Under the pieces are notes generated by a model, which worked only from the letters and a program-made list of their open reading frames with translations, ran no database searches and was not told where the DNA came from. The translations under genes were made by a program, and so were the position numbers. DNA of 35,708 nt from a virus (Duplodnaviria; Caudoviricetes): the IMG/VR virus record IMGVR_UViG_3300020042_004433, positions 1 to 35,708 of that record. One strand, given 5' to 3'. Shown here piece after piece: positions 25,579-34,201 of this stretch (position 1 is its first letter; every line of letters starts with the position of its first letter).

Positions 25579-26493
25579 TTACTTAGCACCCTTCTCGTTT
25601 AGGTATTGGTTGTACAAGTCTGTATTTTGAGTAACAGCATTAGCAAATGCCTGCTCAAACGTTACGCTACTTGTATCAGCAACGGCCTTAGCCATGGAAC
25701 TTAATTGCTCGTAAGCAGATCCACTATTAGGAGTTGATGACTTGCCGATTTCGGCAAATATGTTTGCTGACTCCGCTTGAGCATTAACTGAATTAAGCGC
25801 GTCTTCGAAAGACTTTGCTAACTCTTCGTTAATTTCTGCTAACTGGCGTAGTGCTGGGCCAATTTTTTCTGCGTCAAGGCCTAAGAATTTCCAAGCCTTT
25901 GCTTTCTCAATTGACTCACTATCAGCGCGGGCAACTCTTTCTGCTTTTAGTACTTCTTCTGCACTATTAGCGCGAGCGGTTGCGTCTGCTGCTGACTTCT
26001 CTAAATCTTGTAACATTTTACGAAGTGGCTCTGGAGCCTCTTTCACTAATGAAGCGGTATCGATAACTACTTCATCGTCTTCTGACTTCTTAAGTTTGCC
26101 CTTAGCAGTTGCTAATTCTTCCTCAAGCATTTTGATTTTCTTCATCATGTCGTCATAAGACATTTTTTTCTTATCATCATGCATTGACTTTTCTTTTTCA
26201 TCTTCATGCATTGACTTCTTTTTCTTATCTTCATGCATCGCCTTATCTACTTCATTAGTAGACTCGACTTCAGAAGTTACTTCCACGTTATTGTCTGACA
26301 TGGCTTCCTCCTCAGTCCCTTTTTGGAACTCGTTTGAGTTATTTTTCTTATCGCTTAGGTCTGAAAGAAGGTCGTCTACGCCAGTTAAATTCTCTGACTT
26401 AATAACTAACCAACCTTCATGAAGGTGAGCAGGGTGGTCAACGCCACTAGTTTCCTCAATATTGAGAGCAACCATTTTGCGGGCCTTGGCCAT
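25579..26493 (-). CDS. scaffolding protein with an N-terminal EETSGVDHPA module
   Basis: Charged coiled coil; FAEIGKS...LY..YL.E C-terminus; GAGGAG SD at 26493; second strong SD (GAGGAGG) before the internal ATG at 26301. Confidence 0.8.
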   Translation of the reverse strand: MAKARKMVALNIEETSGVDHPAHLHEGWLVIKSENLTGVDDLLSDLSDKKNNSNEFQKGTEEEAMSDNNVEVTSEVESTNEVDKAMHEDKKKKSMHEDEKEKSMHDDKKKMSYDDMMKKIKMLEEELATAKGKLKKSEDDEVVIDTASLVKEAPEPLRKMLQDLEKSAADATARANSAEEVLKAERVARADSESIEKAKAWKFLGLDAEKIGPALRQLAEINEELAKSFEDALNSVNAQAESANIFAEIGKSSTPNSGSAYEQLSSMAKAVADTSSVTFEQAFANAVTQNTDLYNQYLNEKGAK

Positions 26494-26569
26494 ACTTCTC
26501 CTCTTCATCATAGATAGTTCCTATGTACGGTGCTATCCTGATAATCAGAATAATAACACACGCAAGTCT

Positions 26570-26758
26570 TTAGTTTAGCGAGTAGTCGCCTTGATTTTTG
26601 GTTAGAGAGTTTTGCTGGTTAAAGTGTTTCGAGTTTTGGAAATCTAAGGCTTTTCTTACGAAACAATCATTGCAAATGACTTGAGTTCCCCACGCTTGTC
26701 CGCCAAACTTCGGGTTAAAGATGCGCCCGCAAAAGGGGCAGGTTTTAGCACTGGCCAT
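26570..26758 (-). CDS. small Zn-finger protein
   Basis: CPFC...CNDC. Confidence 0.55.
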   Translation of the reverse strand: MASAKTCPFCGRIFNPKFGGQAWGTQVICNDCFVRKALDFQNSKHFNQQNSLTKNQGDYSLN

Positions 26759-26772
26759 TTATATCTTACGAC

Positions 26773-27177
26773 TCACTTAACTGGGCCTCCTACTATCCAA
26801 GCGTCGCAAGTTCGTTTACTAGCGCACTTAAAATCAAAAGCCTCACAATAACCAAGGTCTCCAGCCCGAGTAGTATCCCAAGCATTAGCCGCACTATCTC
26901 CAGTTGCTAATCCTTCTTTAATGCAGTTAAGCATCTTTGGGGTTTGAATAAACGCCGCACAATTCCCGCACTTTGATTTTTTTGCTTCAACGACTGTTGT
27001 ATCCCAACGGTCTGCTTTCTTCTGCCAAAAAGGAGTATTAGGTTCATTTGGATTTAACGGACCATAAGCCGCTTTATCAATTGCGTCTTTTCGGTTGGCT
27101 AAATTTTTTTCTACATCGGTAGTTGCGGCAGGGCAACCTTCTGCCTTGCTAACGTAGAAACTAGTTAAATCTACCAT
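26773..27177 (-). CDS. conserved Cys-rich phage protein with HiPIP-like Cys spacing
   Basis: CPAAT...YGPLNP...KCGNCAAF...GYC....FKC...RTCDAW. Confidence 0.7.
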   Translation of the reverse strand: MVDLTSFYVSKAEGCPAATTDVEKNLANRKDAIDKAAYGPLNPNEPNTPFWQKKADRWDTTVVEAKKSKCGNCAAFIQTPKMLNCIKEGLATGDSAANAWDTTRAGDLGYCEAFDFKCASKRTCDAWIVGGPVK

Positions 27178-27347
27178 TACTCCTCTTCAGAATTCCTTAA
27201 CGGGAAAGTGGCAACCCATAAGACGCTACAAAATATAATAGCATATCCTACAACAGTTTTAGCGGAGCCATCAAGGACCACCCAAGCAACAAACATGCCG
27301 AGCAGAGTCCAGATTTGATTGGCTATATCAGAAAACCATTTCTTCAT
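27177..27347 (-). CDS. small 2-TM membrane protein, 56 aa
   Basis: Not in the track. MKKWFSDIANQIWTLLGMFVAWVVLDGSAKTVVGYAIIFCSVLW...; TAATG coupling on both sides. Confidence 0.75.
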   Translation of the reverse strand: MKKWFSDIANQIWTLLGMFVAWVVLDGSAKTVVGYAIIFCSVLWVATFPLRNSEEE

Positions 27348-28816
27348 TACAACCTCCTTCTATAACCTACGCCACCTGCGAGTGCGGCAGTAGTAGCAGA
27401 CTGAACTGCTATACCAGTTACGATAACTGCACTAACAATCGTCTGTTCTGACTCAGAGCGTTCCTCATCAGACATATCTGCTCCGATACTGCTTATAGCC
27501 AATAGAGCCTGAGCAGGGTCAGAAAAAATAGTACTAAGTAATTCTACTGGACTCTCTAATACAACTAGTGCTGCGGCAATCTCGGCAACCACGATTACTT
27601 CATTTCCGTTTATATCTTGGCGTACTTCAACTGGAGTAGAAGGTGGTAAGTCTTCAAAAGTAACTCCTGCTGCTTTAATATCCTCAACCTTTACTGCTCC
27701 GCCATCTGCTTCCAAAATAAGGGCTTCTGCCACAAGTTCTTTTTCTGCCTCAGTAAACCTTCCGTCTTCAGATAATGCTTGTGATAAGTTATTTACTTCA
27801 GAGGTAGTTACGTTTCCATCAGCGTTAATAGCCTCAATAATTAAGTTCTCTTCAGCCATAGTTAATTCGCCTCCTACGCTCAAAGCCTCAATCAAATTAG
27901 TTGCTTCAAGGTTAGAAACTATGCCGTCAGACATAAGAATAGAAACTAGCGCAGAAGCCTCGGCAGGTGTAATATTCAAATCTTGTGAGATATTCTCAAA
28001 GAGTTCGGGAGTTGTAAATGGTTCTATGGACGGATTTTCTAGCACTGGGTTGTCTATCTCTTGTTGTATTGGTATTGAATTATCTTGTGGGTCAACAAAA
28101 GGTGGTTCCACGAGGACTGGCTCTATTACTAAAGGTTCTTCTATCGGTAACGATATTTCTATGGGTGGGTTTTGGTCTAATGTGGGCAACTCAATAATCC
28201 CTATTGGCGAAGGCACATCTACGATTGGTTGAGTTACTACTGGTTGAACAACAACTACCGGAATATCTATAACTGGTGGCGTAACTACAGTAGGAGTGTC
28301 TACAACTGGAGGCGTAACTACGACTGCGGTATTTGTATCAACTACTGCTGTGGGTGTATCGACTTGGGGCGGTATCAAGTTACTACTTAAAGTATAACTA
28401 CCAATAGGTCTTTGATTGCCAGTGACATACTCGAAAGAGGTGGCACGAATCGTATAAGTATCAGCAGTCAGTGTTCCACTAAGCCTTGAAGCCCAGAAGT
28501 TATCAGTAGTTGAATTGCTATCATCATCTTGAGCAATAACAGTTCTAGTATCTGCTTCGCCACCACGATATAAAATAATCCAAGAATCTACCCAAGCCAC
28601 ACGCTCTACTGTTACTGAATCAACTACCTCAGTTCTTGGTCCAGTAGTTGTAGTAATTACATAAGCGGTGGTCGTATCTACATTTACTACTGTGTCTACA
28701 TAGGCTATTTCAGGAGTTAGAGTAATTGTTACTTCATTAGCAAAAGACGCTACTGGGGTCATTACTAACCAGCCAATAGCAAAATAAAGTAAGTTTATGT
28801 TTCTTAGCCTGCGCAA
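27347..28816 (-). CDS. exported, membrane-anchored protein (signal peptide, PPC-like beta domain, Pro-rich stalk, acidic repeats, C-terminal hydrophobic segment)
   Basis: N-terminal MRR plus hydrophobic stretch ending ASFA; DSWIILY...IAQDDD...YTIRATS; P/V/T-rich linker; hydrophobic C-terminus ending RRRL. Confidence 0.7.
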   Translation of the reverse strand: MRRLRNINLLYFAIGWLVMTPVASFANEVTITLTPEIAYVDTVVNVDTTTAYVITTTTGPRTEVVDSVTVERVAWVDSWIILYRGGEADTRTVIAQDDDSNSTTDNFWASRLSGTLTADTYTIRATSFEYVTGNQRPIGSYTLSSNLIPPQVDTPTAVVDTNTAVVVTPPVVDTPTVVTPPVIDIPVVVVQPVVTQPIVDVPSPIGIIELPTLDQNPPIEISLPIEEPLVIEPVLVEPPFVDPQDNSIPIQQEIDNPVLENPSIEPFTTPELFENISQDLNITPAEASALVSILMSDGIVSNLEATNLIEALSVGGELTMAEENLIIEAINADGNVTTSEVNNLSQALSEDGRFTEAEKELVAEALILEADGGAVKVEDIKAAGVTFEDLPPSTPVEVRQDINGNEVIVVAEIAAALVVLESPVELLSTIFSDPAQALLAISSIGADMSDEERSESEQTIVSAVIVTGIAVQSATTAALAGGVGYRRRL

Positions 28817-28912
28817 TTAAGTGCTCCATTAAGTTAGTTCCAGTAACTTAATACTTATTATCGCATATAGCCGCTATAAATAAGGCTTGTAGTGCTTACT
28901 TAAAGTTTTACT

Positions 28913-30433
28913 CTAATCATAACTTAATCCGCCAGCACCAAAAGTTTGAACTCCGCCGCTGTTGCTATTTAAGTACTTTGTTTTATCTTCTGAAGTGATA
29001 CTCTTAAATCTAGCCCCCGTTCCACCTAACGCTCTGCCCATAGAAACAATTGATTCGTGGATAGCCTCTTCTAAATCAACGCCGTTCACTCCGCCAAATT
29101 GGATGCCTTCTTTTACTTGATTTAATGCCGTTTTAGAATTCGAAGACAAGTTATCTATGGCTTCTTTACCGCCCACTTTTTGTGCTGTTCTCAAAAGGCT
29201 TTCAACATCTTTTACTTTTTGCTGCGCGTCTGGGTCTTTGCCTGCAAATTTTTTTGCTCTATTTAAGGAACTTAGAGAATTTTTTATTTCGTCTTTACTA
29301 TTTGGTTTTTTTGAACTTAGGCTTGACGGCGCACTTGACCCGCCCCCACCTCCACCTTTTCTTCCATGTGAGGACTGGTTATGTGAGCCATGTTTAAGTA
29401 AATCAAACTCTGCCGCTTTACCAACAGAATTGTAGTCCTTGCCTGAAAGTAGTTCATCTGATAATTCGTCACAGTCACCTGCAAGATCTCTTAATGTATT
29501 AGCAAAGACACCTAGAGAGGTATTTCTTAATGCTATTGCCCCGTCATCTAGTGCGCTTGACGCTCGTTCTAATGATAGTTGACGATCAGATAACGTAACT
29601 CCTTCATTATCTGCCGCTTCAAGATATTGGATAGCGTCGTCAGCGTTTCCTAATGCCTCTTGACCCGCATCGTAATCTTCTTGCGAAATATCTTCACTTT
29701 CTAAATCTGCCTCTATTCGGTCTTCAAATTCATCACGCTCTTCGCCCAGTTTGGAGTTAATTTCTTGAGTCTTATCCTTGATAGTTTCAGTTTTTTCTCC
29801 GCTGCTAGTCGCAGAGCCGTCGCTGCCGCTGCTTCCACCTCTAGAACCAGCATGGGTTTTTTGGTTATGTGAGCCGTGCTTAAATAAATTAGCCTCTATG
29901 ACTTTCCTGAATACTGTTATATCTTCTTCAGGGTTCCATTCAGCAAATCCGCCTGTGCCTGAACCTCGAGTTTTTAATCCAACTGCTATCTTATCGCCAA
30001 TCATTTTAACTGCATGAACTCTAGTCTTGCCCGCTTTATCCAACCTGTCTCCTACCTTAATATCTTTGGCTGATATTTTCGCGGCAGTAAAGGACTTGCT
30101 CTCGGAATTTTGGGCACCGCCACCCTTGCCATGAGAACTCTGATTATGTGAAGCGTGTTTTAATAACTGCTCATCTAAAGATTTAGTTAGGCTAGACATT
30201 TTATGGCCGACTTGAATATCTGTTTCTTTACCATCTCGATATAACTGAATTAGTACGGCAGGATTATCTTTTTCGCCTTTAATCTTAAACTTAACATTTG
30301 GAATATCTAAAGTGCCGTAATCCATTACATGAATAACTTTACCTGTTGCTCTACCGCCTGATGAGTTCCATGAAACCATATCTCCTTCTTTTAAGGACTT
30401 GGCTTTATCTAGTGCGGTGTTATAGAGAAACAT
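28913..30433 (-). CDS. multi-module protein: DUF2945/HVA1-like SH3-Tudor domain plus three KH..HNQ..H-tagged modules
   Basis: LKEGDMVSWNSSGGRATGKV N-terminus; KHASHNQSSHG, KHGSHNQKTHA and KHGSHNQSSHG, each followed by a Gly/Ser linker. Confidence 0.75.
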   Translation of the reverse strand: MFLYNTALDKAKSLKEGDMVSWNSSGGRATGKVIHVMDYGTLDIPNVKFKIKGEKDNPAVLIQLYRDGKETDIQVGHKMSSLTKSLDEQLLKHASHNQSSHGKGGGAQNSESKSFTAAKISAKDIKVGDRLDKAGKTRVHAVKMIGDKIAVGLKTRGSGTGGFAEWNPEEDITVFRKVIEANLFKHGSHNQKTHAGSRGGSSGSDGSATSSGEKTETIKDKTQEINSKLGEERDEFEDRIEADLESEDISQEDYDAGQEALGNADDAIQYLEAADNEGVTLSDRQLSLERASSALDDGAIALRNTSLGVFANTLRDLAGDCDELSDELLSGKDYNSVGKAAEFDLLKHGSHNQSSHGRKGGGGGGSSAPSSLSSKKPNSKDEIKNSLSSLNRAKKFAGKDPDAQQKVKDVESLLRTAQKVGGKEAIDNLSSNSKTALNQVKEGIQFGGVNGVDLEEAIHESIVSMGRALGGTGARFKSITSEDKTKYLNSNSGGVQTFGAGGLSYD

Positions 30434-30981
30434 TAGCCGCTGTATTTTTGTTGTAAGCCCACATAAGTAACCATATAACCAGTAGCAATGTCTGCTGCAT
30501 CCATTGATAATCCGCTAGTTAGTCGACTTAAAACGCCGCGATTAGTCTTATCAATAGTTTTCGACGCCGATAAAATTTTATCCGCCGCTCTATTTAATTT
30601 TTTAATTTTTTCTCCATTATTTTTTATCCCTGCTAATGGCATTAAAGCAGACCTTGCCATCTGTAAATCACCTTGCGCATTACTTAACTTTCTCGCGTCT
30701 ACTAGAGAAGGCGCCCTTGTGGCTTGTCTAGTAACATCTCGGCTAAGGGCGTCTATCTCTTCGATTAAGCCCAGCGCGTCCTTATCAATCGCGTCTGAAA
30801 GTTTGCTGTTAGTGTCAGGATTGGCTTGATTTACACTAGAGTTCGGTTTGGAAGCAGAACCTCCACCTGCTCCGCTACTTCCGCCTCCACCGCTACCTTT
30901 TCTTCCATGGCTGGACTGGTTATGCGAACCATGTTTAAGAACTTCTTCTTCTAAGCCGTGATCGTTAAGAAATATTCCCAT
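30433..30981 (-). CDS. KH..HNQ..H-tagged helical protein
   Basis: VLKHGSHNQSSHGRKG, then a Gly/Ser linker and a helical domain. Confidence 0.7.
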   Translation of the reverse strand: MGIFLNDHGLEEEVLKHGSHNQSSHGRKGSGGGGSSGAGGGSASKPNSSVNQANPDTNSKLSDAIDKDALGLIEEIDALSRDVTRQATRAPSLVDARKLSNAQGDLQMARSALMPLAGIKNNGEKIKKLNRAADKILSASKTIDKTNRGVLSRLTSGLSMDAADIATGYMVTYVGLQQKYSG

Positions 30982-31103
30982 TATTTACGCCTCTTTTTCT
31001 TTAGGAATTTGTATAACAAGATTGGACTCAGATACAGCAACAGAGCAAGCGCACTCGCCCGAACAGCAGGACGATTGCGGTACGAATCCAAGATTTTTCT
31101 CAT
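30981..31103 (-). CDS. small hypothetical protein, 40 aa (an alternative Cys-rich frame spans 30985-31107)
   Basis: MRKILDSYRNRPAVRASALALLLYLSPILLYKFLKKKRRK with ATGA and TAATG coupling; frame choice uncertain. Confidence 0.4.
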   Translation of the reverse strand: MRKILDSYRNRPAVRASALALLLYLSPILLYKFLKKKRRK

Positions 31104-32428
31104 CCATTTTTCTTCTTCCGCTTTGATGGCTTCATTATAGTATCAACATGGACACTATTCACGTCAGGGGAAGATAACTCCACCTTAACTTCTTCAGGCT
31201 CAGGTAAGTCCGCACTTATCCTCTTTGCTTTGCCACCGATTGAATAGCCTCTTAATTTTCCTGCCTTTACTAAGTCCCAAGCCCAGTCTTTCCATTGAAC
31301 TCCCATGAAAACTGTATTGGGTGGATAAGTCACTTGGCTTGTCGTACCATTGGCTTTCATCATAGGAACGCTTAACTCATAAGGGAAAGTCATTACCTCT
31401 AACCACTCACCAGCAACCACATCTCTGTTATGTTGTAAATGGATTCTGCGGTCATTGCTCTTTACATAATCCCAAACAGCAACCTGTAATTCATCAGCAT
31501 CAGTCCATTCAGTATGAGCGTCAATTTGGTTAGGAATGTAAAGCGGTCCTAAGGTAAATTTTCTTTCGTCTGCCTTAATAAAAGGTTCTTCATACTTAAA
31601 AGATTTTTCTACGCCGTTAATAATTCCGCTTACCCAACCTTTAGCAGGATCTCCGCCCCAAGCGTCCCAAGCAACTCTTCCGCCTGAAGGAAAGCCTTTT
31701 TCTCCTTGACTAAAACCTTTGCCTGCTTTATCGCTTTCATGGCGGGCTAAGAAAGAATTCATACGGCGAATAGTTCTTAAACTTACTGGGCGTCTTGCGG
31801 CTAATTGAGCAGCGCGAGCGCGACCAACGCTAGTAAAGCCTCCACCAGCATGTCCTTCTCTAATCCATTCCAATGCTCTTTTAGCAGCACGAGCAACTGA
31901 AGCAGGGGGAGTAAAAGTATCTGAGTCTGCCGCCTTATCTATTTCATCTTCAATAGGTTCTACTAGAGTAGTTACGCCATCTCCAGTTAATCCAAAGGCG
32001 ACTTTATAGTAATCGTACTCACCTTCTTCCCATTGGTCCACATATTTTTCTACTAGCATCTCTTCACCATCAAATAGTTCTTCTAGTTCAATTCCGTCAA
32101 ATACTAACTCAGTATCTAAAACAACTGGCATATTAGATACTTCATCTTTACTAAAATCTAAACCGCGCTTAGTCAATTCGGCTGTAATATAGTGATGTGT
32201 GACTAGCGCGGCTGAATTAAGTTCCTCTTGATTTAACTTCTCATAAAGGCTTAATAGTTTTTCTGCCGTGGCTTTTTCAACCGCGTCAGGAACATTGGCG
32301 TATAAGGCTCTTACATGGGCGGCGGCTTTTGCTTTAGTAGTATGGCAAGCAACCATTTCACCTGTGCTCGGTTTAATTACGGCATAGGCAGAACAGCCTT
32401 CAACATTAGTAGCAACTTTATACGGCAT
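31100..32428 (-). CDS. prohead maturation serine protease, XkdF-like C-terminal domain, with two N-terminal accessory domains
   Basis: FTLGPLYIP...DAH.EW, IHLQH, W.LVK.G.LRGYSIGG; middle G.T.VGRARA.QLA...RM.SF.ARH...G.VAW.AWGG domain; leaderless -10 TAAACT 6 nt upstream. Confidence 0.85.
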   Translation of the reverse strand: MPYKVATNVEGCSAYAVIKPSTGEMVACHTTKAKAAAHVRALYANVPDAVEKATAEKLLSLYEKLNQEELNSAALVTHHYITAELTKRGLDFSKDEVSNMPVVLDTELVFDGIELEELFDGEEMLVEKYVDQWEEGEYDYYKVAFGLTGDGVTTLVEPIEDEIDKAADSDTFTPPASVARAAKRALEWIREGHAGGGFTSVGRARAAQLAARRPVSLRTIRRMNSFLARHESDKAGKGFSQGEKGFPSGGRVAWDAWGGDPAKGWVSGIINGVEKSFKYEEPFIKADERKFTLGPLYIPNQIDAHTEWTDADELQVAVWDYVKSNDRRIHLQHNRDVVAGEWLEVMTFPYELSVPMMKANGTTSQVTYPPNTVFMGVQWKDWAWDLVKAGKLRGYSIGGKAKRISADLPEPEEVKVELSSPDVNSVHVDTIMKPSKRKKKNG

Positions 32429-32437
32429 AGACTTAGT

Positions 32438-32593
32438 TTACCCCTTAACAGGCTTTTTGAAGGCTCCGCGCCTCTCTAACTCTTTCAATGCCTCTAAATT
32501 ATCTCCAGCAGCAAATTCCATTAAATCTTGTTCGCTCGCTGTGGAGAAATTAAACTTAGTGCAGGAACCTAGCGTCACTTTTATTTCTTCCAT
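32438..32593 (-). CDS. small hypothetical protein, 51 aa
   Basis: Not in the track. MEEIKVTLGSCTKFNFSTASEQDLMEFAAGDNLEALKELERRG...; overlaps the end of the peptidase gene and fills the gap. Confidence 0.55.
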   Translation of the reverse strand: MEEIKVTLGSCTKFNFSTASEQDLMEFAAGDNLEALKELERRGAFKKPVKG

Positions 32594-33498
32594 GGCTTAT
32601 CCCATCCAAATCTTTCTGCCATCGCTACTGCTAGAGGATTACCCTCTGCAGGAACATTTCTTTGTTGCGATAAAACATATTGGGCGAACCCTTCAGCAAA
32701 TGCTTCGGCTGGTTCAGATTTGCCATACTCGCTCATCATATTAGTTCCCGCTCTTCCATTGTAATCAGCCTCCACTAGTTTCGTTATTATATTATCGCGC
32801 TCACCAAAGTTTGAACTTTCTAAATTAGGACGATCTAAGGCATGACCCCACTCATGAGTTAAAGTATAAGTCCTGACTCCTACAACGCTTCCCATCCCCA
32901 TGCCTACATTATTTACTGGCCTAGGGAACAAAGCGTCTCCCGCTAGAAGCATTTTATTTCCACCTCGGTCTGTAGCGCCAAACGCGTCTTTATCAGGAGC
33001 AAGTTCTTTAAGTCTTTTATCGCTAATACGCAGGACTAATGACTCTAAAGGGTACTGCGTTTGTAAGTCATCAATGTCTCGCATTAACGACCCTTCATTT
33101 ATTTTCGTCTGATGCTTACTAGGATTGTCGCCAGGTTCTGAAAAGACTACAATTTGGCCATTCTTGTACGCTCTTTCAGGTTTAGCCTTTAAGTATTCTT
33201 CGTCAGTTCTAGCATAATTTTTCTTCCATTCGCTTTTAGGAATTATTCTTTTCTCATATTTACTTTCCGCTAATCGGCACGAGTCGTCAATAAACGCAAC
33301 ATAATCTTTATTACTCATTTCATGCCACTCGCCCTTTTCCCATTTAGGACCCATACCGCCGCCGTGAGTTTTTTGATTGTGACGACCTGCTAAGTGTTTA
33401 GAAATATCGTTTTTGTCTATTAAAGTAATGTGGTCTGCCTTTGCGGTTGGCTTAGTAATTATTATTTCAAAAGCCTCGTCATAACTAAATTTATTCAT
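32581..33498 (-). CDS. zincin metallopeptidase (lethal-factor/MPTase-like) with KH-tag
   Basis: LTHEWGHALD and SEYG...PAEAFAEGF; N-terminal KHLAGRHNQKTHGGG. Confidence 0.8.
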   Translation of the reverse strand: MNKFSYDEAFEIIITKPTAKADHITLIDKNDISKHLAGRHNQKTHGGGMGPKWEKGEWHEMSNKDYVAFIDDSCRLAESKYEKRIIPKSEWKKNYARTDEEYLKAKPERAYKNGQIVVFSEPGDNPSKHQTKINEGSLMRDIDDLQTQYPLESLVLRISDKRLKELAPDKDAFGATDRGGNKMLLAGDALFPRPVNNVGMGMGSVVGVRTYTLTHEWGHALDRPNLESSNFGERDNIITKLVEADYNGRAGTNMMSEYGKSEPAEAFAEGFAQYVLSQQRNVPAEGNPLAVAMAERFGWDKPWKK

Positions 33499-34201
33499 TT
33501 ACTACCCTCATTTCCCATACTTTACCTTCCCTGTTTAATACTTCTAGTTTCGCCATTCTAGGCATTAAAAACTCCAGTTCATGGGCATAAGGGTTTTTTT
33601 GTTTGTCTAATCCAAAAACGCTATTTGGAAACACTCCTTTAGACTGAGGCGGAACTTCTATCTTAAAAATTAACCCTTGTTGCCCTCCCATTTGCAAAGC
33701 AATCATAGGGTCTAAAGTCGTCGAGATAAAGCCTGGGTCTTGAAATACATCGCCTTGCTCGAGTTTCTCGAAAGTCTCTTTTGCTCCACCTTGAAGAGTT
33801 ACCCCTCTGTACACAGTAAAATTACTTTGCGCAACGGGAGCCGCGTCAATTATTTCATCTAAAGCGTCAGCGTCCATTAAATCTTCGTCGTCTGCACTAC
33901 CTGCCCGTAATTTTTTATTTAACTCTATGCCATTTGAGCCCACATAATTTTTTAAGAAAACTTCTCCTTCTATTCCTGTTTGGCTAGCACTTAAAAGATT
34001 GCGCTCGTTCAATAGTTTCTCTTCTTGCTCGTCAGTACTTGGTTCTACGCTTTCTTGCCACTCACCAAGGTCTTGGTAGATTTTGCTTCTACCACCTGCG
34101 TGCGACTGCTGGCTATGGCGACCGGGGGCATGTTTATTTACATTGGCTCGCCTAACTACTTTTAATCCGAGCGCCGAACTATAACCAAATTTATCATTCA
34201 T
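33491..34201 (-). CDS. ADP-ribosyltransferase (VIP2/Alt-like, R-S-E clade) with KH-tag
   Basis: LN..LR, VYRG, GFISTT and HELEFLMPR; N-terminal KHAPGRHSQQSHAGG. Confidence 0.88.
   Translation of the reverse strand: MNDKFGYSSALGLKVVRRANVNKHAPGRHSQQSHAGGRSKIYQDLGEWQESVEPSTDEQEEKLLNERNLLSASQTGIEGEVFLKNYVGSNGIELNKKLRAGSADDEDLMDADALDEIIDAAPVAQSNFTVYRGVTLQGGAKETFEKLEQGDVFQDPGFISTTLDPMIALQMGGQQGLIFKIEVPPQSKGVFPNSVFGLDKQKNPYAHELEFLMPRMAKLEVLNREGKVWEMRVVNE

Noticed and set aside
26160-26240. Short DNA repeats (catgcattgactt) as a CRISPR-like array
   Set aside because: They are coding repeats for K[AS]MH[ED]D in the scaffold and have no spacers.
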